Positions 31,528-41,678 are shown, numbered from the stretch's first letter. The stretch: 50,728 bases of DNA from Kiritimatiellia bacterium (GCA_007125875.1 SLCI01000004.1:1-50728); one strand, 5' to 3'. Translations and numbers: made by a program. Notes: a model not told the origin generated them from the letters alone.

Positions 31528-32123
31528 TCGCCTATTTAGAGGGCAAGATTGCTGAAAAACAGCCTGCGCGGATCATCGTCGATGTCGGTGGCGTAGGGTA
31601 TGAGGTGCTGATTCCGCTCAGTAGCTATGATCGCTTGGGTGCGCCGGGTGAAACATGCCGCGTCTTGACTCATCACTATGTGCGAGAAGACGCTCAGATT
31701 CTCTACGGCTTTTGTACCGAAGCAGAGCGTCGCATGTTTCAGCTGCTGCTGACGATCAGCGGTATTGGTCCCAAAATTGCGCTGAGCGCGCTGAGCGGGC
31801 TTTCCGTAAGAGAGCTCAAAGCCGCGGTGGCCGATCAAGACGTCAAGCGCCTCCATTCCATCTCCGGTATCGGTCGCAAGACAGCGGAGCGCATGATCAT
31901 TGAGTTGCGCGATAAGATTTCCGAGGGCGAAGCGCTGGAGGCCTTGAGCGGCACAGATGATGCGCATGCGGCTGATTTGCGCATGCGGGATAGTATCTTG
32001 GCGCTCATCCAGTTAGGGTACAAACAGGTCGAAGCCCAAAAGATGGTGCGCCTGGTGTTTGACGCAGGCGTCGGCGAAGCCCACGTAGAGGAAATTGTGC
32101 GGCGCGCCTTGACGGGATCATAA
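31524..32123 (+). CDS. ruvA: Holliday junction branch-migration complex subunit RuvA
   Basis: 199 aa; MIAYLEGKI..., GVGYEV, HhH motifs [10 protein letters not shown] and [16 protein letters not shown] overlap with the thioredoxin stop. Confidence 0.96.
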   Translation: MIAYLEGKIAEKQPARIIVDVGGVGYEVLIPLSSYDRLGAPGETCRVLTHHYVREDAQILYGFCTEAERRMFQLLLTISGIGPKIALSALSGLSVRELKAAVADQDVKRLHSISGIGRKTAERMIIELRDKISEGEALEALSGTDDAHAADLRMRDSILALIQLGYKQVEAQKMVRLVFDAGVGEAHVEEIVRRALTGS

Positions 32124-32133
32124 TGGATTACCG

Positions 32134-33150
32134 ATGAGCGAAGGTTTTATACGAGATACGCTGAATCAGGCGGATACGGAGTTTGAGGTTTCCCTGCGTC
32201 CGATCCGTTTCGACGACTACATCGGCCAGGAGAAGGTAAAGGATCGTCTGGCACTTTTTGTTGAGGCCGCCAAGGGGCGTAATGACGTGTTGGATCACGT
32301 GCTGTTGTCTGGTCCGCCGGGCTTAGGCAAAACCACGCTGGCTCATATCTTGGCGCAAGCGATGGAGGTGAACCTGAAGGTCACGTCCGGGCCGGTAATC
32401 GATAAACCTGGTGACTTGGCAGGATTGCTGACCAACATGGAGCGTGGTGACATTCTATTCATCGATGAGATCCACCGAATGCAGCGCGCCGTGGAGGAGT
32501 ATCTCTACTCGGCGATGGAAGACTTCGTCATCGATATTATGATTGATCAAGGCCCCAACGCGCGGTCCGTGCGCTTGAATCTTCAGCCGTTCACGCTCAT
32601 TGGAGCAACGACGCGGAGCGGCTTGCTAACGGCTCCCTTGCGATCCCGCTTCGGGTTAACGAATCGACTCGATTACTATGGCGCGAATGACTTGCAGCAA
32701 ATCATCCTCCGTTCCGCGCGCATCTTGAATGTGGACATCAGTGAAGACGGTGCTCATGAGATTGGCCGTCGGGCGCGCGGCACACCACGAATCGCGAATA
32801 GTTTATTGCGCTGGGTACGGGACTATGCGCAAGTGCGGGCTGATAACAAAATCGATGTCGAGGTGGCCGATCAAGCTTTGTCGATGTTGGATATCGATGC
32901 CGATGGCTTAGATGAAATGGATAAGCGCATTTTGGACACGATCATTGCAAAATTTTCCGGTGGCCCTGTCGGTTTAAATTCTTTGGCGGTTTCGGTCGGT
33001 GAGGAGGCGGGTACCATTGAGGAAGTTTATGAGCCCTACTTGATTCAGGAGGGTTACCTCAAACGAACAGCGCAAGGCCGCGTTGTGACAGAACGCTCCT
33101 ACGAAAAATTCGGATTGAAACCCAACGCGGCTCAGCGCGAATTGCTCTAG
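32134..33150 (+). CDS. ruvB: Holliday junction branch-migration ATPase RuvB
   Basis: 338 aa; [16 protein letters not shown], Walker [10 protein letters not shown], Walker B LFIDEIHR, sensor [16 protein letters not shown]. Confidence 0.98.
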   Translation: MSEGFIRDTLNQADTEFEVSLRPIRFDDYIGQEKVKDRLALFVEAAKGRNDVLDHVLLSGPPGLGKTTLAHILAQAMEVNLKVTSGPVIDKPGDLAGLLTNMERGDILFIDEIHRMQRAVEEYLYSAMEDFVIDIMIDQGPNARSVRLNLQPFTLIGATTRSGLLTAPLRSRFGLTNRLDYYGANDLQQIILRSARILNVDISEDGAHEIGRRARGTPRIANSLLRWVRDYAQVRADNKIDVEVADQALSMLDIDADGLDEMDKRILDTIIAKFSGGPVGLNSLAVSVGEEAGTIEEVYEPYLIQEGYLKRTAQGRVVTERSYEKFGLKPNAAQRELL

Positions 33151-33176
33151 CTGCCCTTGCGCATTCATGCTGTGAA

Positions 33177-33205
33177 TTGACACCACCTGCAGATCATTAG
33201 ATAGT
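33177..33205 (+). promoter_or_regulatory. Candidate promoter for the sigma-factor gene (TTGACA-17 nt-GATAGT)
   Basis: Perfect -35 hexamer at 33177-33182, a 17-nt spacer, and a 4/6 -10 hexamer at 33200-33205, about 35 nt upstream of ATG 33241. Pattern only. Confidence 0.3.
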
Positions 33206-33240
33206 GCGCCCCATGCGCTGGGACAAACACTGAAAAGGGT

Positions 33241-34299
33241 ATGGCGGCTAAGACTACAGATCAGAGTGAAACAAAGGAACTCCGCATGTTGGCGGAGGCG
33301 ATACCCTTTAGGGTCATCGAGTTACCTGCCTTTAAAGACAAAAACTTCCAGCCGGAATGTATTCGGCAACCGCGCAGTTACGATCCGCCGGAAGGGAGTC
33401 TTCAGCCCGTTAGCCGCTTCTTGATGGAACGCGGTACCGTCGAACTTTTGGCTCCGGCGCAAGTGGAAGCATTGTTCACTGAGATGCACTGGAGCGCCTA
33501 TCAAATTGGGCGTTTAGCGAATAAGCGATACGCCAATCAGGCCGCCCGGCGTGAAGGATTGATTGAGGCCCGTCGACTCATTTCGCGGATTGAAGCGGCT
33601 GAAGAGGAATTGTTTATTGCGAACCGGCGGCTTGTTGTGAGCTGTGTGAAACCGTTCTTCTGGATTGGTCAGGTATGGATCGGCGATTTTTTGCAAGAGG
33701 GGTCGCGGGCGCTGTCAAATGCAATACGCAAGTTTGACTTTACGCGCGGCACGCCATTTTACGCGTACGCTCAACGGGCCATCCAGAATCGCCTGCGTAA
33801 TTTCTTCCGCGATCATGTTCGTTCGGGCAGTTTGGGCTTACGGCCGACCGCCGAGATGAAGTCGCTGATTGAGGTGCTGGCGCGTCTACGCGAGGAAGGG
33901 CACGAAGATCCAGACAACCAGACGCTTGCGAAGTTGGCCGGTATTGCGGAAGAGCGCGTCAACAAGATACGACCTTTCGTGCGCCAGTGGGAAAATACAC
34001 CAACGCCGCCTGTTTCGCTGGATGCCTTGCTGGGAGATTCCGAATCGACGATGTACGATTATTTGGAGGGTGAGGATGGCGAGGCAGCATCAAGCGCAGC
34101 AGAGCGCAGCGAGATATGGCAGGCGATCGACCGGCTAGGTGAGCGAGCCAAATATATTATGCAGTTACGATTCATCGAGGGGCACACGCTGGAGGAGACG
34201 GGCAAAATGCTGAGTTTGACCCGTGCGCGTATCAAGCAAATCGAGGATGAATCGCTGAAGAAGATTCGTGCGATGCTCAAACGGAAGCCACGGTTGTGA
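33241..34299 (+). CDS. RNA polymerase sigma factor, sigma-70 family (alternative; regions 1.2, 2, 3, 4 recognisable)
   Basis: 352 aa; region 2 LFIANRRLVVSCVK...DFLQEGSRALSNAIRKFDFTRGTPFYAYAQRAIQNRL; region 4 HTLEETGKMLSLTRARIKQIEDESLKKIR. The start codon is uncertain (M16 also possible). Confidence 0.85.
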   Translation: MAAKTTDQSETKELRMLAEAIPFRVIELPAFKDKNFQPECIRQPRSYDPPEGSLQPVSRFLMERGTVELLAPAQVEALFTEMHWSAYQIGRLANKRYANQAARREGLIEARRLISRIEAAEEELFIANRRLVVSCVKPFFWIGQVWIGDFLQEGSRALSNAIRKFDFTRGTPFYAYAQRAIQNRLRNFFRDHVRSGSLGLRPTAEMKSLIEVLARLREEGHEDPDNQTLAKLAGIAEERVNKIRPFVRQWENTPTPPVSLDALLGDSESTMYDYLEGEDGEAASSAAERSEIWQAIDRLGERAKYIMQLRFIEGHTLEETGKMLSLTRARIKQIEDESLKKIRAMLKRKPRL

Positions 34300-35135
34300 G
34301 TGGGCCGCTGAAAGTCTGTGTGCTCGGCAGCGGGAGTTCCGGTAATGCGACCGTGGTGTCATGCGAAAGTGAGGCCCTGCTGATTGATGCGGGGCTGTCG
34401 GCGAGGCGAATGACAGAACGGCTCGCCGAGGCGGGCACGCCGGTGGATCATGTCCGCGCCATCTGTGTGAGCCACGAGCACTCCGATCACATCTCTGGCA
34501 TCCGTGTTTTGCATCGAAGACACGGTATTCCGTTGTATGCCAATGGGGGTACTATTGATGCGCTGTGCCGGAATCCTGAATTGGCTGAACTGCCTTGGAA
34601 TCGTTTTGCCACGGGACACGCCTTTCCTGTCGGGCCATTCCGGATCGAATCATTTTCTGTACCTCATGATGCCTATGATCCGGTTGGATTTATTGTGCAT
34701 CATGGCGAGTCGCGCGTGGGTGTGGTGACGGATATGGGCATGGTTACCGCTTTAATTCGAGAGCGTCTGCGCACCTGTCACGCCATCGTCGTTGAGTCGA
34801 ATCATGACGAGCAACTATTGCAGGAGGCTACCCGGCCATGGTCCTTGAAACAACGTATACGGGGCCGCCAGGGACACCTGTCGAACCGAGCAGCCGCAAC
34901 ATTGCTTGAGGAGATTGCGAGTCCGACCATCCAACATGTCTTTTTGGCGCATCTGAGTGAGGATTGTAATCGGGCCGACCTCGCACACGAGACGGCACAA
35001 GCCGCCTTAAATCGAGCCGGCTATCCGAACGTGCCGGTCAGCGTAGCGCGACCAGATTGCATCAGTTCGGTCTGGTGCTCGGAAGTAATCAACGAGACAA
35101 ACCCGCGGCCCTTAGATGTCGGAAGCCGGCTTTGA
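34296..35135 (+). CDS. MBL-fold metallo-hydrolase
   Basis: 279 aa; GTGA overlap with the sigma-factor stop; VCVLGSGSSGNATVV, HEHSDH (HxHxDH), later VPHD and GHLSN motifs. Confidence 0.85.
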   Translation: MSGPLKVCVLGSGSSGNATVVSCESEALLIDAGLSARRMTERLAEAGTPVDHVRAICVSHEHSDHISGIRVLHRRHGIPLYANGGTIDALCRNPELAELPWNRFATGHAFPVGPFRIESFSVPHDAYDPVGFIVHHGESRVGVVTDMGMVTALIRERLRTCHAIVVESNHDEQLLQEATRPWSLKQRIRGRQGHLSNRAAATLLEEIASPTIQHVFLAHLSEDCNRADLAHETAQAALNRAGYPNVPVSVARPDCISSVWCSEVINETNPRPLDVGSRL

Positions 35136-35324
35136 CTTTGCGCATCTATTTCGTTACGTTCTGCGCGGTGTGTTAAGCGTGAATTGAATCGCGTGTCGGT
35201 AACTTTTACTCCCAAAAAATGTGTCATGGCCAAAACGATTACAGAACATTATCAAAGCGACTTCGCTGCCAGTCCGGCGGTGGTCGATTGATTCGATGTT
35301 TTCGGCCCCGTCCTTATTGATGCC

Positions 35325-36545
35325 ATGCCCCTGATCCCCATAGCTTTCATTTCCGAGACCTTCATGTTCATGGTTGTGGTGGTAGTCGCATTTGGCGTGT
35401 TGACGCTCATTACCAGTTTTGTGCGATTTCAAATGATGACGCAGCGCCTAAAGGGCGACGTACCGGAAGACGCAAGCCCGGCCGAAATATTTCAACTGCA
35501 AGTGGTGCGGGAGTTGGGCGCGTTACATCAGTCACCTGAACCTTTCAGCGTCTTGTGGATGGCTCCAGCGCGACCGCCCGATATTGACATGCTGATCGAT
35601 CAGGAGGGGCAGCATGTTTTGATGCGTGAATGGGCCGATGAGCTTCGTAATAGTATGCGTAAAAAAGATCTCATTATGGTGCAGGACGGCTTTGCATGCT
35701 CTGTTTTGGCCAAATTACCGCAGACAAAGGCCAAGCAAATTATTCAGCGCGTTACCGATCGCCTCAGCCGACTCGATGTACGTTTGCCCAATGGGAAAAC
35801 ACAACGATGGGGTGTGCACGTAGGCATGGTGCATTATCCGGTGCACGGCGAAAAAGCGGCTGATTTAGTCGCTGAAGCGCAGCAAGCGTTGGTTGTTGCG
35901 CGAGGCACGGTGGGGGGCGCGCTACACGTGCCGGGACAAGATGCGGCGCCTGTCGAGGAGGCTGACACGGAACAGGCCGGCACCCCGCCCAAAAATGTCA
36001 AGGCACTGCTTGATGAACTGACCGGTGTGCTGCGTGCAGAGCGCCTCGGGACGGCCCTGCAGCGTATGCTTGCGCGGCAGCGAAAGGACGGTGAGGCTTT
36101 ATCGGTTGTCTATTTTGCAATTGATAATTTCAAGCAGTACCAAGATCACTATAAGCGTGAAGCGTCAGATCATGTGCTCAAAAGTTTTGCCGATATGCTA
36201 TCTGTGCATACGCGTGAAACGGATATCCTTGCTCGTGCAGCCGAATCTGAATTTGTGGCCGTGATGGGCTGTCCCCCGCGTGAGGCGTTTGTTGCGGCAC
36301 AACGTTTGGTGGCCGAAATAAAGCGAACCCCGATACGCTTGGGTACATTGAATTTGAAGGTTAGTGTCTGTGCCGGTGTGGCAGGTTTTCCGGATCACTC
36401 TGCTCAGCCTCGAGAATTATTGGTTTTTGCGCAAACCGCAACTGCTCAGGCACAAGCCAGAGGGCGTAGCTCCGCTGCGCTCTATCAGGTGGAGACCCAA
36501 CGTAAGGCGCAACCAACACGTACACGCCCGCTGGATAGCTTTTGA
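35325..36545 (+). CDS. Membrane-anchored protein with two tandem degenerate GGDEF domains
   Basis: 406 aa; N-terminal TM helix FMFMVVVVVAFGVLTLITSF. Domain 2 is clearly GGDEF-like (DELTGVL.., FAIDNFKQYQDHYK, RETD-ILARA-AESEF, SVCAGVAGFP). Domain 1 has the same architecture with RKKD-LIMVQ-DGFAC. Confidence 0.8.
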   Translation: MPLIPIAFISETFMFMVVVVVAFGVLTLITSFVRFQMMTQRLKGDVPEDASPAEIFQLQVVRELGALHQSPEPFSVLWMAPARPPDIDMLIDQEGQHVLMREWADELRNSMRKKDLIMVQDGFACSVLAKLPQTKAKQIIQRVTDRLSRLDVRLPNGKTQRWGVHVGMVHYPVHGEKAADLVAEAQQALVVARGTVGGALHVPGQDAAPVEEADTEQAGTPPKNVKALLDELTGVLRAERLGTALQRMLARQRKDGEALSVVYFAIDNFKQYQDHYKREASDHVLKSFADMLSVHTRETDILARAAESEFVAVMGCPPREAFVAAQRLVAEIKRTPIRLGTLNLKVSVCAGVAGFPDHSAQPRELLVFAQTATAQAQARGRSSAALYQVETQRKAQPTRTRPLDSF

Positions 36546-36547
36546 TT

Positions 36548-37297
36548 ATGAATGCAACAACCAATCAACCTGTTCGTCTGGGTGTAAACATTGATCACGT
36601 TGCGACCTTACGCCAAGTGCGCGGCACAGAGTATCCGTCGCCACTAGAGGCGGCGCTAGTGTGTGAAAACGCTGGGGCCGATGGCATCACTGTGCATTTG
36701 CGCGAAGATCGTCGCCACATTCAAGATGCGGATGTGTATGCCCTGCGCGAAAGACTTCGCATCCCGCTCAACCTCGAAATGGCTTGTGCGCCAGAGATCT
36801 TGGGCATTGCGTTGGACGTAAAACCCACGGAGGTTTGTCTCGTTCCAGAACGCCGAGAGGAATTAACGACGGAGGGTGGCTTGGATGTTAAGGGACGCCG
36901 TGAGGCCGTATTTGAGACGGTGCAGACGCTGCAAGCCGCCGGTATTGTCGTTAGTCTCTTTGTCGAAGCGGACCCTGATCAGTTGACGTTGTCGGCTGAA
37001 AGTGGAGCGACCTACATTGAACTGCATACGGGACACTTTTGTGACTTGGATGGCGCAGCGGCTCAAGCAGAGCTGGCGCGTTTAATACGGGGCGCGGAAC
37101 TGGCCCACGAGCTAGGGCTGAAAGTGAATGCGGGACACGGTATCAACCTGAACAACATTGGGGCCATCATGCAGATCCCACATTTGGACACACTGAATAT
37201 CGGTCACAGCATTGTGGCGCGTGCCGTCATGATCGGGATGTCCGCTGCCGTCGAAGAAATGCGCACAGCCATTCAGGCGGGACCGCAGAACGATTAA
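36548..37297 (+). CDS. pdxJ: Pyridoxine 5'-phosphate synthase
   Basis: RLGVNIDHVATLRQVRG..YPSP...GADGITVHLREDRRHI...EVCLVPE..EELTTEGG. ATG 36548 is preferred; TTG 36542 is an alternative start. Confidence 0.95.
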   Translation: MNATTNQPVRLGVNIDHVATLRQVRGTEYPSPLEAALVCENAGADGITVHLREDRRHIQDADVYALRERLRIPLNLEMACAPEILGIALDVKPTEVCLVPERREELTTEGGLDVKGRREAVFETVQTLQAAGIVVSLFVEADPDQLTLSAESGATYIELHTGHFCDLDGAAAQAELARLIRGAELAHELGLKVNAGHGINLNNIGAIMQIPHLDTLNIGHSIVARAVMIGMSAAVEEMRTAIQAGPQND

Positions 37298-37313
37298 ATT
37301 GTGGTGATTCGTT

Positions 37314-37733
37314 ATGCAGACTTCTGAACAAGTCGCAGCAGGAATACTCGGGATCGGGATCGATCTGGTTGAGATCGTCCGGATGGAAGAAAGTCTGACG
37401 AAGTGGCAGGAATCATTTAAGAACCGATTGTTTACTGCGGAGGAACAGGCATACTGTGATGACAAAGCGCTGCCCGCACGTCATTACGCAGCGCGCTTTG
37501 CGGTTAAAGAGGCGGTAAGCAAAGCATTCGGTACCGGTATTGGCGCGACCATGGGGTGGCGAGACATTGAAGTGCAGCGAGATCCTGAGCTCGGCCGTCC
37601 GTCTGTTCGTCTCGCATCGCACGTGCGCGAGTGGGCGGATGCACAGGACGCCGGCGAAATACTCATTAGCCTTTCACATACGCACAACTACGCCTTAGCC
37701 CAAGCGGTTATTGTGCGAAGGAGTAGAGGATGA
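37314..37733 (+). CDS. acpS: Holo-[acyl-carrier-protein] synthase
   Basis: 139 aa; GIGIDLVEIVRM, FAVKEAVSKAFGTG, ISLSH. Confidence 0.92.
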   Translation: MQTSEQVAAGILGIGIDLVEIVRMEESLTKWQESFKNRLFTAEEQAYCDDKALPARHYAARFAVKEAVSKAFGTGIGATMGWRDIEVQRDPELGRPSVRLASHVREWADAQDAGEILISLSHTHNYALAQAVIVRRSRG

Positions 37734-39304
37734 AATGTGTTTCCAGTAACGAGATGCAGGCTTTGGACCAGCGCACCATCAAGGAGGCTGCCATCAGTGG
37801 GCAGGTGCTGATGGAGCGGGCGGGCAAAGCGGTAGCTTTGCAGGTAGCCGAACTCTGTGATGATCGCGATCTGGCGGATCCATTGATTCACTTTGTTGCC
37901 GGGCGCGGAAATAATGGGGGCGACGCCTTTGCCGCTGCAGCAGAGTTGAGCGACTGTGATTTTGCGGTCGAGGTTTTGTTGGCGGGCGAAATGGCGGATG
38001 TGAAGGGCGATGCCCGGGCACAATTGAAACGTTGCTTGGAGGCCGAGATTCCCGTCTACGAATTTTCAACAGCGGCGGATTGGGCATTTTTGCAGTCGGT
38101 TGAACAAACTGCCGATGTGCTGGTCGATGGTCTACTGGGGACAGGGACAAAGGCGGGGCCTCCGCGTGAACCGATCAGTAACGCGATTGAGTTCCTACAG
38201 CAGGCGCGCGAGAAGGCATTGGTGCTGGCGATTGATATTCCGTCCGGGTTGGATCCCGATACCGGTGCGGTCGCGGGGCAAGCGGTGCAGGCGGATGTCA
38301 CACTAACGATAGGTTTGCCCAAGAAAGGGCTGATCGCAGCAGGCGCGATCGAATATGTCGGCCACCTGATGGTTGCCGACATCGGGTTTCCGAATGAATT
38401 TGTACAAGAGATCGCGGGCGATGCAGAAAAAGAGCTGATTGTTCAGGCTGACGTACAAGGCTGGTTGCCTCGCCGTCGTCGGGCAGCCCATAAGGGCGAT
38501 TTCGGACATGTTTTGGTGATCGGCGGATCGCGCGATTACTCGGGCGCAGTCTGTCTGGCTACGTTGACGTGCTTGCGTGCAGGCGGCGGCTTGGTGACGG
38601 CGGCGGTACCGGAATCTATTGCCGATCGCGTGGCATCGTTTGCACCCGAGATAATGGTGCGTGGCATGGCCGAAACAGAGGTTGGCTCCTTGCGTGCCGA
38701 CGTTTGGGACACGCTCCGTGATCAACAAGATCAGTACGATGCCATATTGATCGGTCCAGGCCTGACGAGGCATGCCGAGTCCACCCAGTTAATAGAAGCG
38801 GTCGTCAAAGAAGCCAAGTGCCCACTGATTATTGATGCGGATGGCCTGACGGCTGTGGACAATCCCGCTGAACTGTTTGGTCAATCGAATGTGCCGATTG
38901 TGCTTACACCGCATCCGGGCGAATTCGCACATCTGTTTGGGCAGTCAGTGGAGCAGGTTCAGGCCCATCGCATCGCTTCCGCTCGAACGGCGGCTGAGCA
39001 GTGGCAAGCAGTCGTTGTGCTAAAAGGCGGCCACACAGTGATTGCTGCGCCAGGCCATCGCGCCCGTGTGAATCCAACGGGTAATCCGGGCATCGCGACT
39101 GGTGGCAGCGGCGATGTGTTGGCCGGACTATGCGCCAGTCTTGTGGGGCAGGGATTGACGCCGTTTGACGCCGCCAGTGCAGCCGTATGGTGTCATGGCA
39201 CAGCAGCCGATGTGTTGGCGCGGCGCTATACGGAAGCAACAGTGATCGCCTCAGACTTGATCAAGGCGCTTTCCGCAGCCTTCCACAAAGTCTGTTTGCG
39301 CTAA
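37730..39304 (+). CDS. nnr: Bifunctional NAD(P)H-hydrate repair enzyme (epimerase/ADP-dependent dehydratase)
   Basis: 524 aa; N-terminal YjeF_N (GRGNNGGDAF); C-terminal carbohydrate-kinase fold (HKGDFGHVLVIGGS, TPHPGEF, GGSGDVLAG). ATGA overlap with acpS. Confidence 0.93.
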   Translation: MKCVSSNEMQALDQRTIKEAAISGQVLMERAGKAVALQVAELCDDRDLADPLIHFVAGRGNNGGDAFAAAAELSDCDFAVEVLLAGEMADVKGDARAQLKRCLEAEIPVYEFSTAADWAFLQSVEQTADVLVDGLLGTGTKAGPPREPISNAIEFLQQAREKALVLAIDIPSGLDPDTGAVAGQAVQADVTLTIGLPKKGLIAAGAIEYVGHLMVADIGFPNEFVQEIAGDAEKELIVQADVQGWLPRRRRAAHKGDFGHVLVIGGSRDYSGAVCLATLTCLRAGGGLVTAAVPESIADRVASFAPEIMVRGMAETEVGSLRADVWDTLRDQQDQYDAILIGPGLTRHAESTQLIEAVVKEAKCPLIIDADGLTAVDNPAELFGQSNVPIVLTPHPGEFAHLFGQSVEQVQAHRIASARTAAEQWQAVVVLKGGHTVIAAPGHRARVNPTGNPGIATGGSGDVLAGLCASLVGQGLTPFDAASAAVWCHGTAADVLARRYTEATVIASDLIKALSAAFHKVCLR

Positions 39305-40002
39305 CTGACTTGTTCGGTCGCCTCCAGTGCCCGCCACGCCCTTGATTTTGCTTTCCACACCATCGTCAACGTCAGCGTCAGCGGCAAGATAAACATGGCG
39401 AGGATCCAGTGGGCGAACGGTAGAAAGCGTACGGCATCGATATATTGTCCCAGCGGCAGGCTGTATCGCGCCGCATTCCAAAGCCCATGCACAAAGTAGG
39501 CCATCAGCGGCGCGAACATAAACAAGGCCACACTCCAGCGGCATAGCCGCGCCTCGGCAAGAAAAACCCCGTCACACAGATAGTAGGCTATCTCTTCTAC
39601 CAACTGATTTAACGTCCAGAGCAGAAAGGTGATGGTGAACAGCATCGCAAAAATATTCACTGCAAAATGGTCTGCAGCCGGACGCCATTGCCACCAGTAG
39701 AGAAATGGCGCGAAGTACAGCAATAACACGGCGAGAACAAAGCTAACGCGTATCAGTCGACGCCACCGACTCGTAGGAGGCGATGCCTTTAGCAGGACCA
39801 TTAAACCCCAGCAGTAGAGCATCACGGCAATGACATATGAGGGCAGGCGAAATAGGTTGAAAAAGCGGAACTCCAGCATGCCCGAAAAAAGCAGCAGCCC
39901 GATCGGGATACTCCACAACAGGCGCGAAAATCCACTCCCCAATGCAACCCAGTCCTGCGAATGTAAGACGCGTTCATGTTGATTCTCAGTTTCAGTCATC
40001 AT
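39301..40002 (-). CDS. Polytopic inner-membrane protein, unknown function
   Basis: 233 aa with about 6 hydrophobic, Trp/Phe-rich segments. It lies 68 nt downstream of hyuB on the same strand. I recognise no family. Confidence 0.6.
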   Translation of the reverse strand: MMTETENQHERVLHSQDWVALGSGFSRLLWSIPIGLLLFSGMLEFRFFNLFRLPSYVIAVMLYCWGLMVLLKASPPTSRWRRLIRVSFVLAVLLLYFAPFLYWWQWRPAADHFAVNIFAMLFTITFLLWTLNQLVEEIAYYLCDGVFLAEARLCRWSVALFMFAPLMAYFVHGLWNAARYSLPLGQYIDAVRFLPFAHWILAMFILPLTLTLTMVWKAKSRAWRALEATEQVS

Positions 40003-40070
40003 GATCAGTATGGGGATTCCAATAAATCATGGCAAGTGCGCCGCTGTTCGTCCGACATCTCCGCCTCAAA

Positions 40071-41678
40071 CTAGGTCGGGTCGCCCGCCCGGCCCCAGCC
40101 ACCGCCTCCGGGGGTGCGGATACAAATCCGATCCCCCGCTTGAAGATCTAGCGTGACCTTGCCGGGTAAAATTTCGGTTCGGCCTTTTCGGATTAAACGA
40201 TTCTCGCCGCATTGTCCACTTGTCCCGCCTGCCAACCCATACGGTGGATAGGTTCGTCGCTCGCTGATGATGACGCCTTGCATAGCGTTCAAGGCGCGTA
40301 ATTCACGCAAGATTCCTGCACCGCCCTGATGTTGGCCGCGTCCCCCGCTACCCGTCGCCAGCGCGTAGCGCTCGACCCGTAATGGATAGGCGAACTCCAG
40401 GGCCTCGATGGGCGTATTCAGGGTATTGGTCATATGCGTTTGCACGGCATCAAGGCCTTTGCCTTTGGGATGGCCACCGGTGCCGCCCGCAATTGTTTCA
40501 TAGTACGCGAAGGGTTGGCCGGTGCGATGATGTGTGCCGCCCAACGTGATGTTATTCATCGTGCCTTGCGAGGCGGCGGGGATCACGTCGGGTAGCGCTT
40601 GTGCCAGCGCTCCGAAAACGGTGTCGACAATCCGTTGCGAAGTTTCCACATTGGCCCCGGCAACAGCGCAGGGCGGCTCGGCATTCACAATAGTGCCTCG
40701 TGGCGCATGGATCGTGAGTGGCCGAAAACAGCCGGCATTGAGGGGCGGATTGAGGCGCTTGTCCCTGTGCAGGTTGGACGGTGTGACCAGTAGACACAGA
40801 AAGCAATAATAGACCGCTGACTGCGTGATGGCTTCAACCGCATTCAGGTTGCCCTGGCACGTGGGTGCGGTGCCCGCAAAATTAATCAGCGCGTCGCCGC
40901 CTGAGATATCGATCGCAACGCGAATCGGTAACGGGTTGTTGCCTATGCCGTCGTCATCGAGTTGATCCGTAAAGCTGTACTGTCCGTCGGGGATCTGCTC
41001 AATGGTGCTGCGCATCAGCGTTTCGCCATATTCGAGCAAGTCCTGCATGGCGAGGCGTGCTTGTCGAGTTCCGTGCCGGGCCAGGACCTCCTGCATACGC
41101 TGTCCTCCGACTTCATGAGCGGACCACTGTGCGCGCAGATCCCCAATACGCTCATCGGGTGTACGGGTATTTGCGCAGATGATGCGCAAGATATCCTCAT
41201 TGATGTGACCGCGCTCGTATAACTTCACGGGGGGCAGACGAAGGCCCTCTTGATAGATCTCCGTGGAGATCGGCAGAGAGCCGGGCGATATCCCGCCGAC
41301 ATCAGCGTGGTGCGCTCGCGTTGCGAGATAGGCGAACGGCTTGCGTGCACGTGGGGAGGAGTGTAGGGGCGTAATCAGCGTTAAGTCGGGCAGATGAGTG
41401 CCGCCGGTAAAGGGATCATTCAGTAAAACGCCATCGCCTGGATTCCATTCGCTGCAGGCGTCCAAGGCTGCGCGGACGGACATGGGAAGTGCGCCGAGAT
41501 GCACCGGAATATGTGCGGCTTGCGCAACCAGCTGGCCTTCGGCATTGAAGAGTGCGCACGAGAAATCGCGTCGTTCTTTGATATTCGGCGAGTAGGCCGT
41601 GCGCGTGAGCGCGCCGCCCATTTCTTCTGCAATGCGGGCAAACAAACTCGCGTAAAAGGATCGATCCGCAGCATTCAT
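40071..41678 (-). CDS. hyuB: Hydantoinase B / oxoprolinase family protein
   Basis: 535 aa; typical Hydantoinase_B sequences ([36 protein letters not shown] near the C-terminus). ATGA overlap with the hyuA stop. Confidence 0.9.
   Translation of the reverse strand: MNAADRSFYASLFARIAEEMGGALTRTAYSPNIKERRDFSCALFNAEGQLVAQAAHIPVHLGALPMSVRAALDACSEWNPGDGVLLNDPFTGGTHLPDLTLITPLHSSPRARKPFAYLATRAHHADVGGISPGSLPISTEIYQEGLRLPPVKLYERGHINEDILRIICANTRTPDERIGDLRAQWSAHEVGGQRMQEVLARHGTRQARLAMQDLLEYGETLMRSTIEQIPDGQYSFTDQLDDDGIGNNPLPIRVAIDISGGDALINFAGTAPTCQGNLNAVEAITQSAVYYCFLCLLVTPSNLHRDKRLNPPLNAGCFRPLTIHAPRGTIVNAEPPCAVAGANVETSQRIVDTVFGALAQALPDVIPAASQGTMNNITLGGTHHRTGQPFAYYETIAGGTGGHPKGKGLDAVQTHMTNTLNTPIEALEFAYPLRVERYALATGSGGRGQHQGGAGILRELRALNAMQGVIISERRTYPPYGLAGGTSGQCGENRLIRKGRTEILPGKVTLDLQAGDRICIRTPGGGGWGRAGDPT

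Noticed and set aside
35154-35432. 92-aa minus-strand His-rich ORF (..CDYHHNHEHEG..) between the MBL hydrolase and the GGDEF gene.
   Set aside because: It overlaps the hydrophobic N-terminus of the GGDEF protein, so the His codons are the complement of Met/Val codons. It has no RBS and no recognisable fold.
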